Part shown: positions 49,830-63,124 of the stretch, in pieces | How the letters are laid out: the number at the start of each line of letters is the position of its first letter | Numbering within the stretch: position 1 is the first letter of the stretch | Source of the DNA: Chiloscyllium plagiosum | Lineage: Eukaryota | DNA: 64,000 nt | Reading direction: 5' to 3' | Assembly: GCF_004010195.1 (NCBI RefSeq) | Contig: NC_057711.1 | Span: forward strand, 82,712,046 to 82,776,045 | Program-made: the position numbers and the translations under genes | Notes under the pieces: model-generated | Told to the model about the DNA's origin: nothing | What the model saw: the letters and a program-made list of their open reading frames with translations, nothing else | Database searches by the model: none

Positions 49830-51228
49830 GAACTTCAATATCTTTGTAAAGGAGTAAGGCAAAAGATGCAAAATTCCAGACCAATTAGCCTAACCATGGT
49901 CATGAGTAAGATCCTGAAGTCAATTGTGAAGGATGAGATTTCTGAATGCTTGGTAAAATAGGGCAAAGTCAGTGTAGTTTCATCAATGGGATGTCCTGCC
50001 TTACAAATTGCTAGAATTCTTTGAGGAACTAATGAGCATGTTAGACCAAGGAGAGCCAACGGATATAATCTATCTGGACTTCAAGAAGGCCTTTGACAAG
50101 GTGCCGCACAGAAGGCTACTGAGTAAGATAAGGGCTCATGGAATTAGAGGGAAGGTGCTCGCATGGATAGAAGCTTGACTGTCTGGCAGAAATAAGAGTT
50201 GGAAGAAAGATCTTTCTCAGGATGGCAGCTGGTGACAAGTGGTGTTTCGTAAGGCTCAGTGTTCGGATCACAACTTTTCACTTTATACATTTAGCGATCT
50301 CGATGAAGGAACTGAGAGCATTCTGAGTAAGTTTGCACATGATACACAGGTAGAAGGACAGGTTAATATTGAGGAGGTGGGAAAGCTGCAGAACGATTTG
50401 GACAGGTTAGGTGAGTAGGCAAAGAAATGACAGATGGAGTACAACGTAGGAGAGTGTGAGATCATGTACTTTGGTAGTAAGAATAGAGACATGGACTATT
50501 TTGTAAATGGGGAGAAAATTCAGAAGTCTAAAGTGTAAAGAGACTTGAGAGTTCTAGTCCATGATTCTCTCAAGGTAAGCTTGCAGGTTGAGTTAGTAGT
50601 TAGGAAGGCAAATACATTGATGGCATTTATTTTGAGAGAACTTGAATATAAAAGTAGGGCTGTGCTCTATAGGGCTCTGGTCAGATCACATTTGGAGTAG
50701 TGTGTGCTGTTTTGGGCCCCATATCTCAGGAAGGATGTACTCGCCCTGGAGCATGTTCAGAGGAGATTCACAAGAATGGTCCCAGGAATGAAATGCTTAT
50801 CATACGAGGAACGTTTGAGGGCACTGGTTTTATACTCGATGGAGTTTAGAAGGATGAGGGGGGATCTAATTGAAACTTACAGAATACTGAATAGCCTGGA
50901 CAGAGTGGATGTTGGGAAGATGTTTCCATTGGTAGGGGAGACTAGGACCCGAGGGCACAGCCTTATTGGAAAGGGAAGATAAGAACGAGATAAGGAGAAA
51001 CTTCTTCAGCCAGAGAGTGACGAATGTATGGGATTCATTGCCACAGAAGGCTGTGGCGGCCCCAGGTCATTGAGTATGATGGAGATAGGTTCTTGATTGT
51101 CAAGGGGATCAAGGGTTACATGGAGAAAGCGGAAGAATGGGGTTGAGAAATTAATCAGCCATGATTGAATGGCAGTGCGGACTCGATGGGCTGAACGGCC
51201 TATTTCCTGCTCCTATGTCTTATGGTCA
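49830..51228 (+). mobile_element. CR1 LINE RT to 3' end, degenerate
   Basis: YLDFKKAFDKVPHRRLL and FWAPYLRKDVLALEHVQRRFTRM; tail cctgctcctatgtcttatgg. Confidence 0.9.
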
Positions 51229-52620
51229 TCCATTGTTCGTTAATCTTGCCAAGCCTTACCCTTCACTCTAACAGTAACATAATACCTTTTGAAGTCTATT
51301 CATCACAACCTTGAAAGCCTCCCACTTCTCAAATGTTGTTTTACCTGCAACCGGTCTTTTCAATCAACTTTTGAAAGTTCTTGTTTCATACCAATTAAAT
51401 TTACCTTACTCCAGTTTAAAACTTCAACTTTTGTGGAAGGCTTATCCTTTTCCATAACCATTTTTAAACTAATAGAATTATGATCGCTAGACCCAAAGTG
51501 TTCCCCTACCTTTACTCAGTCATTAGCCCTGTGTTAGTGCTCAAAAGATCCGTTTTTGCTCCTCCTATAGGAGGAGTGTCCACATATTAATAAAGAAAAT
51601 TGTCCTGAACTCATTTGATAAATTTTTCACCATCTAAATCTTTGACTGGGGCTCTACCATTGTGTTAATGTTTGGAAAATTAAAAGCCCCCGTTATTACA
51701 ACCTTATTATGCTTACATATTTCTGAGATCTCACTACATAATTGTTTCTCAATTTTCCTCTGACTATTTGGGAGTCTATAAGTGCAATCCTATCAAGGTG
51801 ATCTTTCCTTTTCTTATTTCTAATTTCTACCCATATATTTTCACTGGACAATTTTTCAGAAATATCTTCAGCGGCAGTATATTCTTTGATCAAAATGCCT
51901 CTACTGCTCCTCTCTTGCCTCCTTTTCTATCCTTCTAAAACCTGGAACATTGAGCTGCCAGACCTTTCTATCTCTCAGGAGAAAGTGAGGACTGCAGATG
52001 CTGGAGATCAGAGCTGAAAATGTATGGCTGGAAAAGCGCAGCAGGTCTATCTCTCAGCCAAGTTTCTGTAATAGCTGTGACATCCCAATTCCATATTTCC
52101 AAACATGCCCTAAGTTCATCAGCCTTATCTGCAAGACTCCTTGCATTGAACTAAATGCAATTTAATTCTTTAGAGTTACTAAATGTACTGAATCTTTCTT
52201 GTCTTTCTTTTCAAATTAACTTACTCTGTTCACATTCAGAACCTTCCTCCTCAATCTTTCTATTTGCATTGCAACTTAGAATTCCAGCACCCCAACTTTA
52301 GCAGTATAAAATCTCCCTTGATGGAACCAGCAAATCTCCCTGTGAAGATATTGGCCCTTTATAGTTCAGGATAAACCCTATCTTTTTGAACATGTCTTTT
52401 CTGACCCAGAAGAAATTCCAATTGTCCAAAAACCTGAATCCCGACACAATAGCACCACTACTTCAGTCATTGATTTATTTCCTTTATCCTTTTGTTCCTT
52501 CCCTTGTTCAAGTTTGGCTTTGGGAGTACACCAGAGATTACTACTTTTAAGGTTATATTTTTTAATCTTGTACCTAACCTCTTAAATTCACTCTGTAAAG
52601 CTTTAATATTTTCCCTAAAA
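51229..52620 (-). mobile_element. CR1 5' fragment (endonuclease and ORF1 end) with a small PLE insert at 51979-52045
   Basis: Minus ENIWVEIRNKK, ITGAFNFP and LGSSDHNSI. The PLE insert is flanked by 12-bp TSD tctatctctcag (51967-51978, 52046-52057). Confidence 0.8.
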
Positions 52621-54215
52621 TTGAATTGAATTCATTGTCATGTGTACCGAGGCACAGTGAAAAGCTTTGTCTTGCGAGCAATACAGGCAGATCACATGGT
52701 TAAGTAGCATAGATAGTAAATAATAGGTAAGCAGCAGCAAAAACAAAAACACAGGTACAGGCAAATGTTAAGAGTTTGAGAGTCCATTCAGTATTCTAAC
52801 AGCAGTAGGGTAGAAACTGTTACGAAGCTGGCTGGTGCGTGTGTTCAGGCTTCTGTACCTTCTCCCTGATGGTAGTGGTTGTCAAAAAGCATTGCCAGGA
52901 TGGGATGGACCTTTGAGAATGCTGGCGGGCTTTCCTTGACAGCGGGCCTGATAGATGGATTCTATAAATGGGAGGTTGGCCTTTGTGATTGTCCGGGCTG
53001 AGTTCACCACTCTCTGATCTTAAATGGCACGGTTGCCATACTATCAGTGATACATCCAGACAGAATGCTCTTGATGGTGCACCTATAAAAGTTGGCAAGA
53101 GTATTCGCCGTCATGCCAAATTTCCTCAGCTGCCTGACGAAGAAGAGATGTTGGGCCTTTGTAACCAGTGCATCTACATGAAGAGTCCAAGAAAGCTTGT
53201 TGTGGATGACCACTCCCAGGAGCTTGACACTCTCCACTCGTTCCACCTCTGTGCTGTTAATGTGGTGGGGGGCATGAGTAACAAGAAAGTCAATAATGAG
53301 TTCCTTGGTTTTGCTGCTATTGAGAGCTAGGTTGTTCTTGGTGTACCATTTTTCCAGGTCTTCCACCACCCGTCTGTAGTCTGTTTTGTTGCCATCTGAG
53401 ATTTGACCGACGATGGTGGTGTCATCAGCGTATTTGTAAATGGCATTAGTCTGGTATTTGGTGACTTAGTCATGGTTATACAGTGAGTGCAGAAGGGGGC
53501 TGAGTTTGCACCTCTGGGGGGAGCTCCAGTGTTGTGTTAGTGAGGGTGAAATATTGTCCCCAATCTTCACTGTGATCTGTGGGTCAGGAAATTGAGGATC
53601 CAGTTGCAGATTGGGGCTTCGTCTGAGATCACTAAGTTTAGTAATCAGTCTCGAGGGGATAATAGTGTTGAAGGCCAAACTGTAGTCAACAAGTAGGATT
53701 CTTATGTAGCTATTCTTGGTGTCAAGATATTCTTGGGAGGAGTGAAGGGCAAGTGATATGGCATCTGATGTGGATCTGTTGGTCCGATAGGCAAATTGGA
53801 GTGGGTCAAGAGTTTTGGGGTGGCTGGAGGTGATTAATGCCATGACCAGCCTTTCAAAGCACTTCATGACCACTGAAGTTAGGGCCACTCGGCAGTAGTC
53901 ATTGAGACATGCTGCATGAGCCTTCTTAGGCACAGAAATGATGTTGGCCCTCTTGAAACAGGCAGGGACAGTGACCTGCTGCTGGGAGAGGTTGAAGATG
54001 TCCGAGAAGACCTCTGCCAGTTGGTCTGCGCATGCTGTGAGTGCATGGCCTGGTACTCGCCTGGTCCCATCACTTTCCTTGGATTCACACGAAGGAAAAC
54101 TAATCTGACCTCTGATGCAGTGACTGTTGGGATAAGTTTGTCAGGACTTGTTGAAATGGGTGTTACCTCTCCGCCAAAATTCTGCTCAAAGCAAGCATAG
54201 AAAGCGTTGAGACAA
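52621..54215 (-). mobile_element. Rex1/Babar-clade LINE, 5'-truncated, degenerate RT
   Basis: LNDYCRVALTSVVMKCFERLV, LDPLQFAYRTNRSTSDAISLALH, LLVDYSLAFNTIIP, KYADDTTIVG and LALNSSKTKELIIDF; (aattc)n tail at 52621-52633. Confidence 0.9.
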
Positions 54216-56354
54216 TCTGGGAGGAATCTGTCATAAAACATTATTTCTACCAACATTTCCAATGAGTTCCAGCTTCTCAATCTTGCCTTTAATAATATGC
54301 TTGAATAGTTTAGAGACATCCTTAATGCTAGCAACATAACATCCTACATCCAAATCCCATGTTTCCAAACATGCCCTGAGTTCATCAGCCTTATCTGCAA
54401 GATGCCTTGCATTGAAATAAATGCAATTTAGCTCTTTAAAGTTATTATGTACTCTGAATCTCTCTTGTCTTTCTTTTCTAATTAACTTGCTCTGCTGCAG
54501 AATCTCTTGTCTGTGCCCGTCAGGAGAGTACGCTGTAACAATTATTCTATTTAAATTGTGTCAAATGCTATCTAACATAACAATGATTTCTGGTTTCCAA
54601 TAAATGAGTGGTCCTTTTATTTCCCTCAGGGAGAATATCGCTTTCAACAATACCAAACACTGAATATCTATTCATAGAAGAATAAACAGTGAAGACTTTT
54701 GAACTAACTACTTACCTTTCCTGTCAGTCAGTCACCCATCTATGACTGATCCTGCTGTGGAATCACTTTTCTAAGTCTACTAGCCATCTCACACTGTACC
54801 TTGTATCTACCTTAATAACATTAAGCCTAAAAAACCAACTTTCAATAACACCTTGTGTATAAAATAAACTACCTTTCATTGCCAACAGAAAGTAATGTTA
54901 AAATGCAAAAACAAAACAATATCAAACATATAAAGTTTAAATAAAATTGACCACTTAGCTGATTAACTGAATTAAAATGACACCTCTTCAAAAAATTCCT
55001 CAAATATATAAAAAAACTTCTCCAAAGCCAACCACGTGTAGGACTCTCCAAAATGAAACCACAATTCCATATTTAAAAAACAAAACTTTGGGCTTTTCAA
55101 AAAAAACTCTTGCATAGTAAAAAGAAGACTTCCTTTAAAAGGGTCTTTTTTTTTAAAGCTTCTAAATTTAGAATAAAAAAAAATTCAACCATTGACTGTA
55201 GGTCTTTGAAAATCTCGTAAAGAAAGTCAGTTTAAAAAGAAATCATGAATTTTTTGTTTTGTTTCTTAATGTTAAAGAAACAAAATGAATAAACATCTTA
55301 TTAATGAAATATAATTGTAGTAACTGTCATAATTCTATAATAAATTTTTAAGCCTGCAATCCCAGGAGCAGCTGCAAGATCCATGCTATTGCGGCAAGTG
55401 GTCTTGGGTAAATTGTAACTAGATCTTCAACTTTCTCACCTGAATGCTCCTCCATTTAAGTATATTTGCTCCAAATTGGAACTTATTTCTTTTCTTAGTT
55501 AATCTAAATGCTATGAAATTGTGATAAATTTTCATTTGTTTTCACTTCATCCACTTGAGTCATTTCATACTTGAAATCCACAAGTCTTCTTTAATAATTT
55601 AAAAACTTGTAAGACAATAGGTGAGGCTAAGAGGAACAAAAAGAGACTTGTGCGTATGGGAAGACAATCTTCCTTTGGTACTGAATGTATATTTTGTGCT
55701 TGTCTTCAATGATGAGCAAGATGTTGCCTAAGTCAAAATTAAAGAGCATGTAGTTGAGATACCGTTCAACCTAAAAATAGAGGTACCCGTACAACTGGCA
55801 GTGAGTACTTAAAGGTGGCTGAAGACCAGAAGTTCTGAAAATTAATTACTGAAAACACACAGATCTGAAAATTCTTTCTGCGATGTGTCACAACCCTAAT
55901 GGGAAGGGTGTGCTTGAAGTCAAAAACCAAATTTCTTCAAGCCGTCACAAATGTATAAATAACCAGTTAATCACTATATTGTTGAATTTGCTTGCTGTGA
56001 CCACCATTTAAGAGAAAAGAAACACAGCCAGGTTCATTAATAAATATAGAAACAAAACTTATTCTCTATAAGCAAACTTATTCTTTTTAACAGTAGAAAA
56101 ACAGGGTTAATTGGTAATTCGCAAACTTAACCAAACCTCCTTGAAATCCCAATGCGCACATTCATGCACAAATAGAACACATATGCAGACAAGACAGAAA
56201 TCTGCAAAAATGTGGGTGTGAAACATAGGCAGAAAGGAACAATTTCTGTGGCTCAAGAGTTGAGAATGAAGTGCCTTTAGGTTCTTTAGGTTTTTGGTAT
56301 CAACCATGGTGAACCTTGGTTTTGTAGCCTGTCAGTAGGACATGTTTTTTTTTT

Positions 56355-56649
56355 AGATTAGATTACTTTACAGTGTGGAAACAGGCCCTTCGGCCCAACA
56401 AGTCCACACCGACCCGCCGAAGCGCAAACCACCCATACCCCTACATTTACCCCTTACCTAACACTACGGACAATTTAACATGGCCAATTCACCTAACCTG
56501 CACATCTTTGGACTGTGGGAGGAAACCGGAGCACCCGGAGGAAACCCACGCAGACACGGGGAGAACGTGCAAACTCCACACAGTCAGTCACCTGAGGCGG
56601 GAATTGAACCCGGGTCTCTGGCGCTGCGAGGCAGCAGTGCTAACCACTG
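56355..56649 (-). mobile_element. HE1-type V-SINE, slightly 5'-truncated
   Basis: Reverse complement of 10415-10725 with few substitutions; T-run at 56345-56354. Confidence 0.92.
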
Positions 56650-56829
56650 AGTGAGTTGAATTGCTTTTCGAGGTTTTGAGTGTTATTTATCTTCAAGACG
56701 GTGAGAGAGAGACCTATTTGGGCTGTAGATGTTTCCTAGAACTCTGACTGCAACTGCTGTCTTTCAGTTCTGTGGCAAACTGCAGCTTGACCCTGAAATA
56801 GGTTAACTTGACTAGATATACACTCATCA

Positions 56830-57555
56830 GGAGATAAGGGAAAGACAAAAAAAAATTTAAATATAGACCAGTTAGCTTAATGTCTGATATTGGGAAAATG
56901 TTAATGTCTGTTCCAAAAGATGTACTTTAGGAATGCTTAATATGATCCAGCATAGTCAGCATGGCTTCATAAGGGGAAATCATGCCTAACAAATTTACTA
57001 GAAATTTTAAGAAGATCACAAGTCGAATAGACAAAGGAAGTAGGATCTTCAGAGGATGCTTGATAAGGTACCACACATTTGGCTACTTAATAAGATAAGA
57101 CCTGACTATGTTGAAAGACGTAAATTAGCATGGATAGAGGATTGGCTAACTAATGAAGACGAGTTGGATTAAAGGAGCCATTTTCAGAATGGCAAACTGT
57201 AACTACTGATGTGCCACAGGGACCAGTGCTGAGGCCAAAAATATTTACAACATATACTAATGACTTCGATGAGGAAAACAAATCTACTATAGCTATGTTT
57301 GCAGATGATGCAAATAGGTGGGTAGTCAATTGGTGAGGAATTGAATTGATTGTCACGTATACTGAGGCACAGTGATATGGTATATGGCATATTCAAGGCA
57401 GAGATAGATTTTTAATCAGTAAAGGTATCAATGGTTTGGGGAAAAGACAGGAAAGTAGAGTCAAGGATTATCAGATCAGCCATGATTTCATTGAAGGTGG
57501 AATATACTTCGTGAGCTGAAATGGCTACTTCTGATCCTATGTCTTTTGTTTTTAT
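56830..57555 (+). mobile_element. CR1 RT/3' fragment with an embedded Rex1-type tail piece (57337-57376)
   Basis: YRPVSLMS, QHGF, VPQGPVL and MFADD. gaattgaattgattgtcacgtatactgaggcacagtga matches 52623-52660. Confidence 0.8.
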
Positions 57556-57644
57556 GATGTAATGTAAGTATATTTACTTTTATCTCATGATTAAACATGT
57601 ATTTCAACACAAATTGATATTATTAATTTTTAAAATGTTATCAG

Positions 57645-57725
57645 TGACCTCCAGTCAGAGACGACTTTAGAAGTGGAGCCAACACAGCAAGCACCTGAAG
57701 ATGAATCACCCTCTAAATTTAAAAG
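57645..57725 (+). CDS. SLC28A3: SLC28-family transporter coding exon 3 (DLQSETTLEVEPTQQAPEDESPSKFK+S)
   Basis: Acceptor ttatcag|, donor AAG|gtatga, 81 nt, phase 2-2. Open, acidic and phase-compatible with both flanking exons. Confidence 0.72.
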
Positions 57726-58479
57726 GTATGAAACTTGCATGTAAAGATAAAAAATTTTCACATTTTTCTCTATGTTTAACTTTGGAAATAGTAGTAAGTT
57801 TAAGTGCATTTGTAGGTAACTGAACAATAAGTCGAGGACAGATATGTCACAAATTGATCCTAATGGCCCTGATAATAACATTAAGAAAAATGCTTATCAC
57901 AGGATTACTGAAATAATAATTATTAAGCAAATATTTGTTCATCTTCCCTTCAAATTTCTGCTTTCTGGAACAAGATTTCAAGACTTTATCATCTCATGCG
58001 TAACCTCCTGAGTAAGCATCTTGATCCCCTTTCTTCCCTTGCAACTTTATTTTGACTATTCCTGTTTTTTTTTCATTTTCAGCAACCTTAAACTTTGCTA
58101 ATTCTTGACACAGTGGCCCACCTGGTGCATAACATACTCTGAGATGTTTCACCACAATGGTATACGTTGACGCACCTACTTTATCCATTTCTCTATTCAC
58201 TTATGCACTTCATTGGACTGAAGTTCAGGGTTGAGTTTGTGAACATTCATTTACCTTCTAAATGTCTTCCTCAAACTCGTATCCTTTCTAGTTCATGATC
58301 CTTTTATTGCATTCCAAATCAAAATATATTTGTTTGCATTTATTCTTGGAATTTATTTTATCACTGTCTGTAATGCATTCTACATTGGTCATAGATCAGA
58401 GACTGAATTACATTTACACAGAATAGATGACAGAAAAATACCAACCAGTTCATTTTAATGTTTAAACTACACTCTGACT

Positions 58480-59850
58480 TTAAGACCATAAGAAATAAGA
58501 AGTCCACTTGGCTCCTCAAGTTTTTTCTACCATTCAATAGGATCGTGGCTGATCCAACGTTCCTTACATCCACTCCACTGCCAGTACCTGTAATCTTTGA
58601 ATCCCTTAATGATCAAGAATATAACTCAAGCTTAAATAAAAGCAAGGACTTTGCCCCCGCAGCTGTCTGTAGCAAGGAGTTCCAAATCCTCAGAAGAAAT
58701 TCCTCCTCCTCTCAGTCTTAAATTGACATCCCTTAATTGTGAGATATGTCCTCCCAGCATTTACATGTTTCAATTAGGTCACCATTCATTCTTTTAAATT
58801 CAAATGAGTAGAGTTCTCATCTATAGTATAGCTCAAACCCTACAACCCTGGCAAAAAGATTCACAATGATGTTGTCAGGATTGTAGGGTCTGAGTTAGAG
58901 GGAGGGGCTGAAGAAGCTAGGGTTATTTTTTTCCTGGAGCATCGGAGACTGAGGGGTGACCTTACAGAAGTTCATAAAATCATGAGGGGCATGGCTAGGG
59001 TGTATAGTCCGGTCTTTTCCCTGGTGTAGGGGAGTTGAAAACTAGAAGGTATAGATTTAGGGTGAGAGGGGAAAGATTAACAAGGGACCTAAGGGGCAAC
59101 GTTTTCACTCAGGATAGGGCTGAGGCTGGTATAATTAAAACATTTAAAAGGTATCTGGGTGGGTATACGCAAAGAAAGGGTTTCTCCTAGCAAGTGGGAC
59201 TAGATTAATGTAAAATATCTAGTCAGCATGGTTGGGTTGGACCGAACGGTCTATTTCTGTCTTGTACATCTCTGTGACTCTAATCCCTTTAAACCTTTGC
59301 ACATAAGACAATTTCAAGGTACTGGGGATCATCCTAGTGAACTTTTCCTGAACTGCCTCCAATTGAATAATATGTTTTCTAAGATAAGGGATCCAAAACT
59401 GCTAACAATACACCAGATGTGGTCTCACCAGCACCTTGTAAAGTTGCAGTAAGACTTCTGGATTCCAGCATTTCAAACATTTGACATAAGGGCTAAAATT
59501 CCATGAGCCTTCCTGATTACCTGATGCACATGTGTGCTAGCCTTTTGTGTTTCATGCACAAGGACCTCTAAGTCCCTTGGTGTTGCAGTTTTTTCTTTGT
59601 TTAAATAAGTGTTTTCCCTTACAAAATACAAATTTCATGATTCCTACCTTATAATCCATTTGCCAGCTTTCTTAACTTATCAATATCTCTCTGTAAACGG
59701 TTTGTATTCCCCTTGTCACCTAACTTGCCACCTATTTTTTGTGCAGTCTACAAATTTGGCTGTAATAAATTTATTTCTGTCCTCCAACTTGTTTATATAT
59801 ATTGTAAACAGTTGTGGTCCCAGCACTGATTCCCTCCTTTTTTGTCTCAC
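58480..59850. mobile_element. CR1 minus-strand 3' fragment with a nested plus-strand CR1 3' end (~58855-59283)
   Basis: Tail taagaccataagaaataaga at ~58481. The nested copy reads RLRGDLTEVHKIMRG and ends tgtacatctctgtgactcta. Confidence 0.8.
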
Positions 59851-61830
59851 ACTTAACGACACCATTCTCCTGTTTATACTTACTTATCTTCACCTTAACT
59901 GAATCTGTATTGATCATCTCAGTCACTGTTTACAGTAGCGGATTTCTTATTCTTCCTGTTCTCCAGGGAAGAAAATTTCTTCAGAATTCTCAATTTGTTT
60001 TCATTGTGAGTATCTTGTAATGATTCTGGTTTAGTTTCCTTGTAAGTGGAAAACCCCTGTGTCTACTTTGTCAAAACCTTTATAATACTTTTAAAGATAC
60101 GTTCACTTATTTCTCCGCCTTTTTCAAGAGAAAAGAAACTCAACTAGCTGAATTTTCCCAGCATTTTAAATGATGTGGACATTGGCAAGAAACCTGGAAG
60201 AAGCGGGTGAGTTTGACAGGAAGAAGATACCAGATATTCATTTGCATAACATCTTGTTATTAGTTAATCACATCTCTTTTGATATACAATTTTCATTTCT
60301 CCAATTCCCCAGATAGAAGCTAGACAGTTGCAGTGCTAAATATGTAAGTTACCAGTAGTAACCTGGTGACTCCAGCTCATCACTTGTTACCCTGGCCATC
60401 CATCTTGAGCCCCTGTCACCAGTATCTCAGGGCATGCTCCAGGGGCAAGGACCACACACACACACACCCTCTCCACTAGGAATCTGGTCCCTGTTGGCAA
60501 AGTGAGATGCCAATTTCCCTCTGACATGTCTGGGGCTATAGACAGGAACTAGACTGTCAGTACTTGACTAGGTCGTGATTGCGTTTCAAAATGACAATGG
60601 TGCTAGGAATTCTGGGAGATCCTGGAAGTTGCCAATACGCTGCCCATGTTGAAAGGGAGAATATGACGATAGGGTGTCATAGAGGCATGGTATATGAGAC
60701 AAGATTGGAAAGATAGCATCAGAAATTTGTTAGAACTCATGGAGACAAGCCCTCCATGAAACTCGCCAAAATTGACACATTGCTGATTTCTGGTAAAATA
60801 CAGCCCAACCTGTTTATCCTTTCCTAATAACTATAATTCCTCAGTTCTGTTGTCATCCTTGTAAATATTTATTTATCATCATTGCTAATGCATTTATGTC
60901 CTTTTCATAGTATATAGATCAAGACTTATCAACTTCTTCTCTCAGGTTTCTGCAAGGCCTACAGATTCTGCATAACTTGGTCTGTTAATATACTGTTTTG
61001 ATCATGTTTTCCAACTGCTGTCAACCTTGTGGTCTGTCTTAAGTTTGGACCAGTATTCTGGATGTATGCAAATGACTTAATGGCAAATAATGTGATTAAA
61101 AACAACATTTTAATAAATCATTCGCAAACAATTATAAACAATAAAATATAAGATAACATTATTAGAAAGAGTATACCGTGTGAGTATATAGAAAGAGAAA
61201 CCACTTTATTATAGTACAAATGCTTTTTTTTAAACTTAAAAGGCTTTTGCCTGAGGCAGTATATGTTAGCTATAATCAAATTGGCCCTAAAACCCTTCAA
61301 CTTAGACTTTTTGGAGCCTGTGTTTTTTACGACTTCTCTGAAAGAAAAACAAGGACAACATAACAAGGACAACATAGCCTTATTAAAGGAGCAGCATTGT
61401 CACAAGTGTAAATTACACATTTTGAACCAGACAATCCAGCACTGATCCTTGGGATCCACTTCCTACCTTCTGTCTCTTTGAAGGACTATACTTTACTATT
61501 ATTTTTGATGCCAAAATGAAAACTAATGAATCAGGTTCAATCAAATGAATGGTACTTTTTATCAGTCTAGTGACATAATGGAAATGTTCATGCATGAACG
61601 TATTCTTACACAATGTTCACATCTCACCAACCATACATTAACACACTTAAACATACACCCATGTATAATCAAATGCATACATAAATATTTACAAACATTC
61701 AATATACCTTAGTTGCCGTGCAAATATTATTGCAACTCTCAACACACTTACTGCAAGAGACATTTAATGTCTGTCAATAACAAGATCCTATAAATCTTTC
61801 TACAATTGAACCAATGTTTTGTCTGTTCAG

Positions 61831-61931
61831 CCTCCTCAGAACTTGTGGAATGAAATATCAACAGGTGCAAGAATTCTATTCAAAGCACAAAACTATTATT
61901 CATCGTGTAATTCTGATCATCTTCCTGACAG
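61831..61931 (+). CDS. SLC28A3: SLC28-family concentrative nucleoside transporter exon 4 (LLRTCGMKYQQVQEFYSKHKTIIHRVILIIFLT+G), entry into TM1
   Basis: Acceptor ttttgtctgttcag|, donor CAG|gtagtg. KYQQVQEFYSKHKTIIHRVILIIFLTG aligns without gaps to human CNT3 RYDTVCGFCRKHKTTLRHIIWGILLAG (recalled from memory). The SLC28A3 versus SLC28A1/2 assignment is tentative. Confidence 0.8.
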
Positions 61932-62496
61932 GTAGTGTTTATGATATGTTAATAACTGAAAACATGATTAATTACATATTAAAATTTAATATGTGTACAA
62001 AATGTATTGTATACAAACATTATTTGTGTAATATCTTTACATGTGTTCTTCTAAGGGGAAACATTCCTATGTAAACAATTATAATGAAAAAAAAACTGGA
62101 ATGTAAGGATTTGTTTATAACAATTATTGCTTTGAAAAAAAGGCATTTTGTTTCCCCCAATAATAACTGAAGTTACATGTTTAAATACGGATAATACTTT
62201 CAGGGGTTTTCATCATCTCCATATTTTCAACTTCCTGGGAAATCAGAGCATTCACTGCAGAAGCACTGATTGTTTACTTTCAATCTTTTGTGGACTGATT
62301 GGCAAACTCAATTTGAGGACTTACAAGATTGTCAGGTTAGGTCTGTTTTCCCACTTAGCAGAAAGAACCTGGACCCTGGAATAACAGACGTTCTGCCATT
62401 TGACATTGTTCATTTTTGGCCAGTTCCGTCAAACCTTCATATGTAGCAGCAAGAAGGTATAGTAAGGCTGTGTTAACGACAATGCCACGGTGCCAC

Positions 62497-62805
62497 GGCA
62501 CGGTGGCACAGTGGTTAGCACTGCTGCCTCACAGCGCCTGAGACCCGGGTTCAATTCCCGCCTCAGGCGACTGACTGTGTGGAGTTTGCACGTTCTCCCC
62601 GTGTCTGCATGGGTTTCCTCCGGGTGCACCGGTTTCTTCCCACAGTCCAAAGATGTGCAGGTCAGGTGAATTGGCCATGCTAAAATTGCCCATAGTGTTA
62701 GGTAAGGGGTAAGTGTAGGGGTATGGGTGGGTTGCGCTTCGGCGGGTCGGTGTGGACTTGTTGGGCCGAAGGGCCTGTTTCCACACTGTAATGTAATCTA
62801 ATCTA
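62497..62805 (+). mobile_element. HE1-type V-SINE
   Basis: A/B boxes, V-domain, (taatc)n tail plus A-run; near-identical to 10415-10725. Confidence 0.92.
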
Positions 62806-63124
62806 AAAAAAAGTGTATCTATCATAGGTTTGTCACTGAATTCAGAAGCTTAAATTCTAAAACACTGCTTCCAGTGTATGTACTCTGGCCCTCAGCTAGT
62901 AAGTAGAAAGGATTCCTTAACAAACCAATAAAACATGCATTCAGGCACTAGGGAAGGCAATCTGCAGATATACATTAAATTGTTTTGACTGTTTATAGTA
63001 ACTAGGCTGAAAAATTATTTGTTTATTGACTGAGTGACAGATCTGCATTTGAAAAGACACAACAAAATTACTATTGTGATTTGGAATTGGCATTTCCATT
63101 TCATTCTATGGTGAAATAAAACTC

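Noticed and set aside
13244..52045. Recurrent short palindromic repeats as a CRISPR array or classical MITEs
   Set aside because: They are dispersed, lack regular spacers and cas genes, have asymmetric arms and variable long TSDs, and match a coding PLE 3' end.
54630..54663. Good acceptor (ttttatttccctcag) followed by ENIAFNN in the gene's phase
   Set aside because: In-frame TGA at 54661-54663 with no donor before it; not supportable as a coding exon.
55886..56777. Possible solo LTR (TGTCACA...TGTGGCA) hosting the HE1 copy
   Set aside because: No TSD, and no second LTR or PBS/PPT could be identified.
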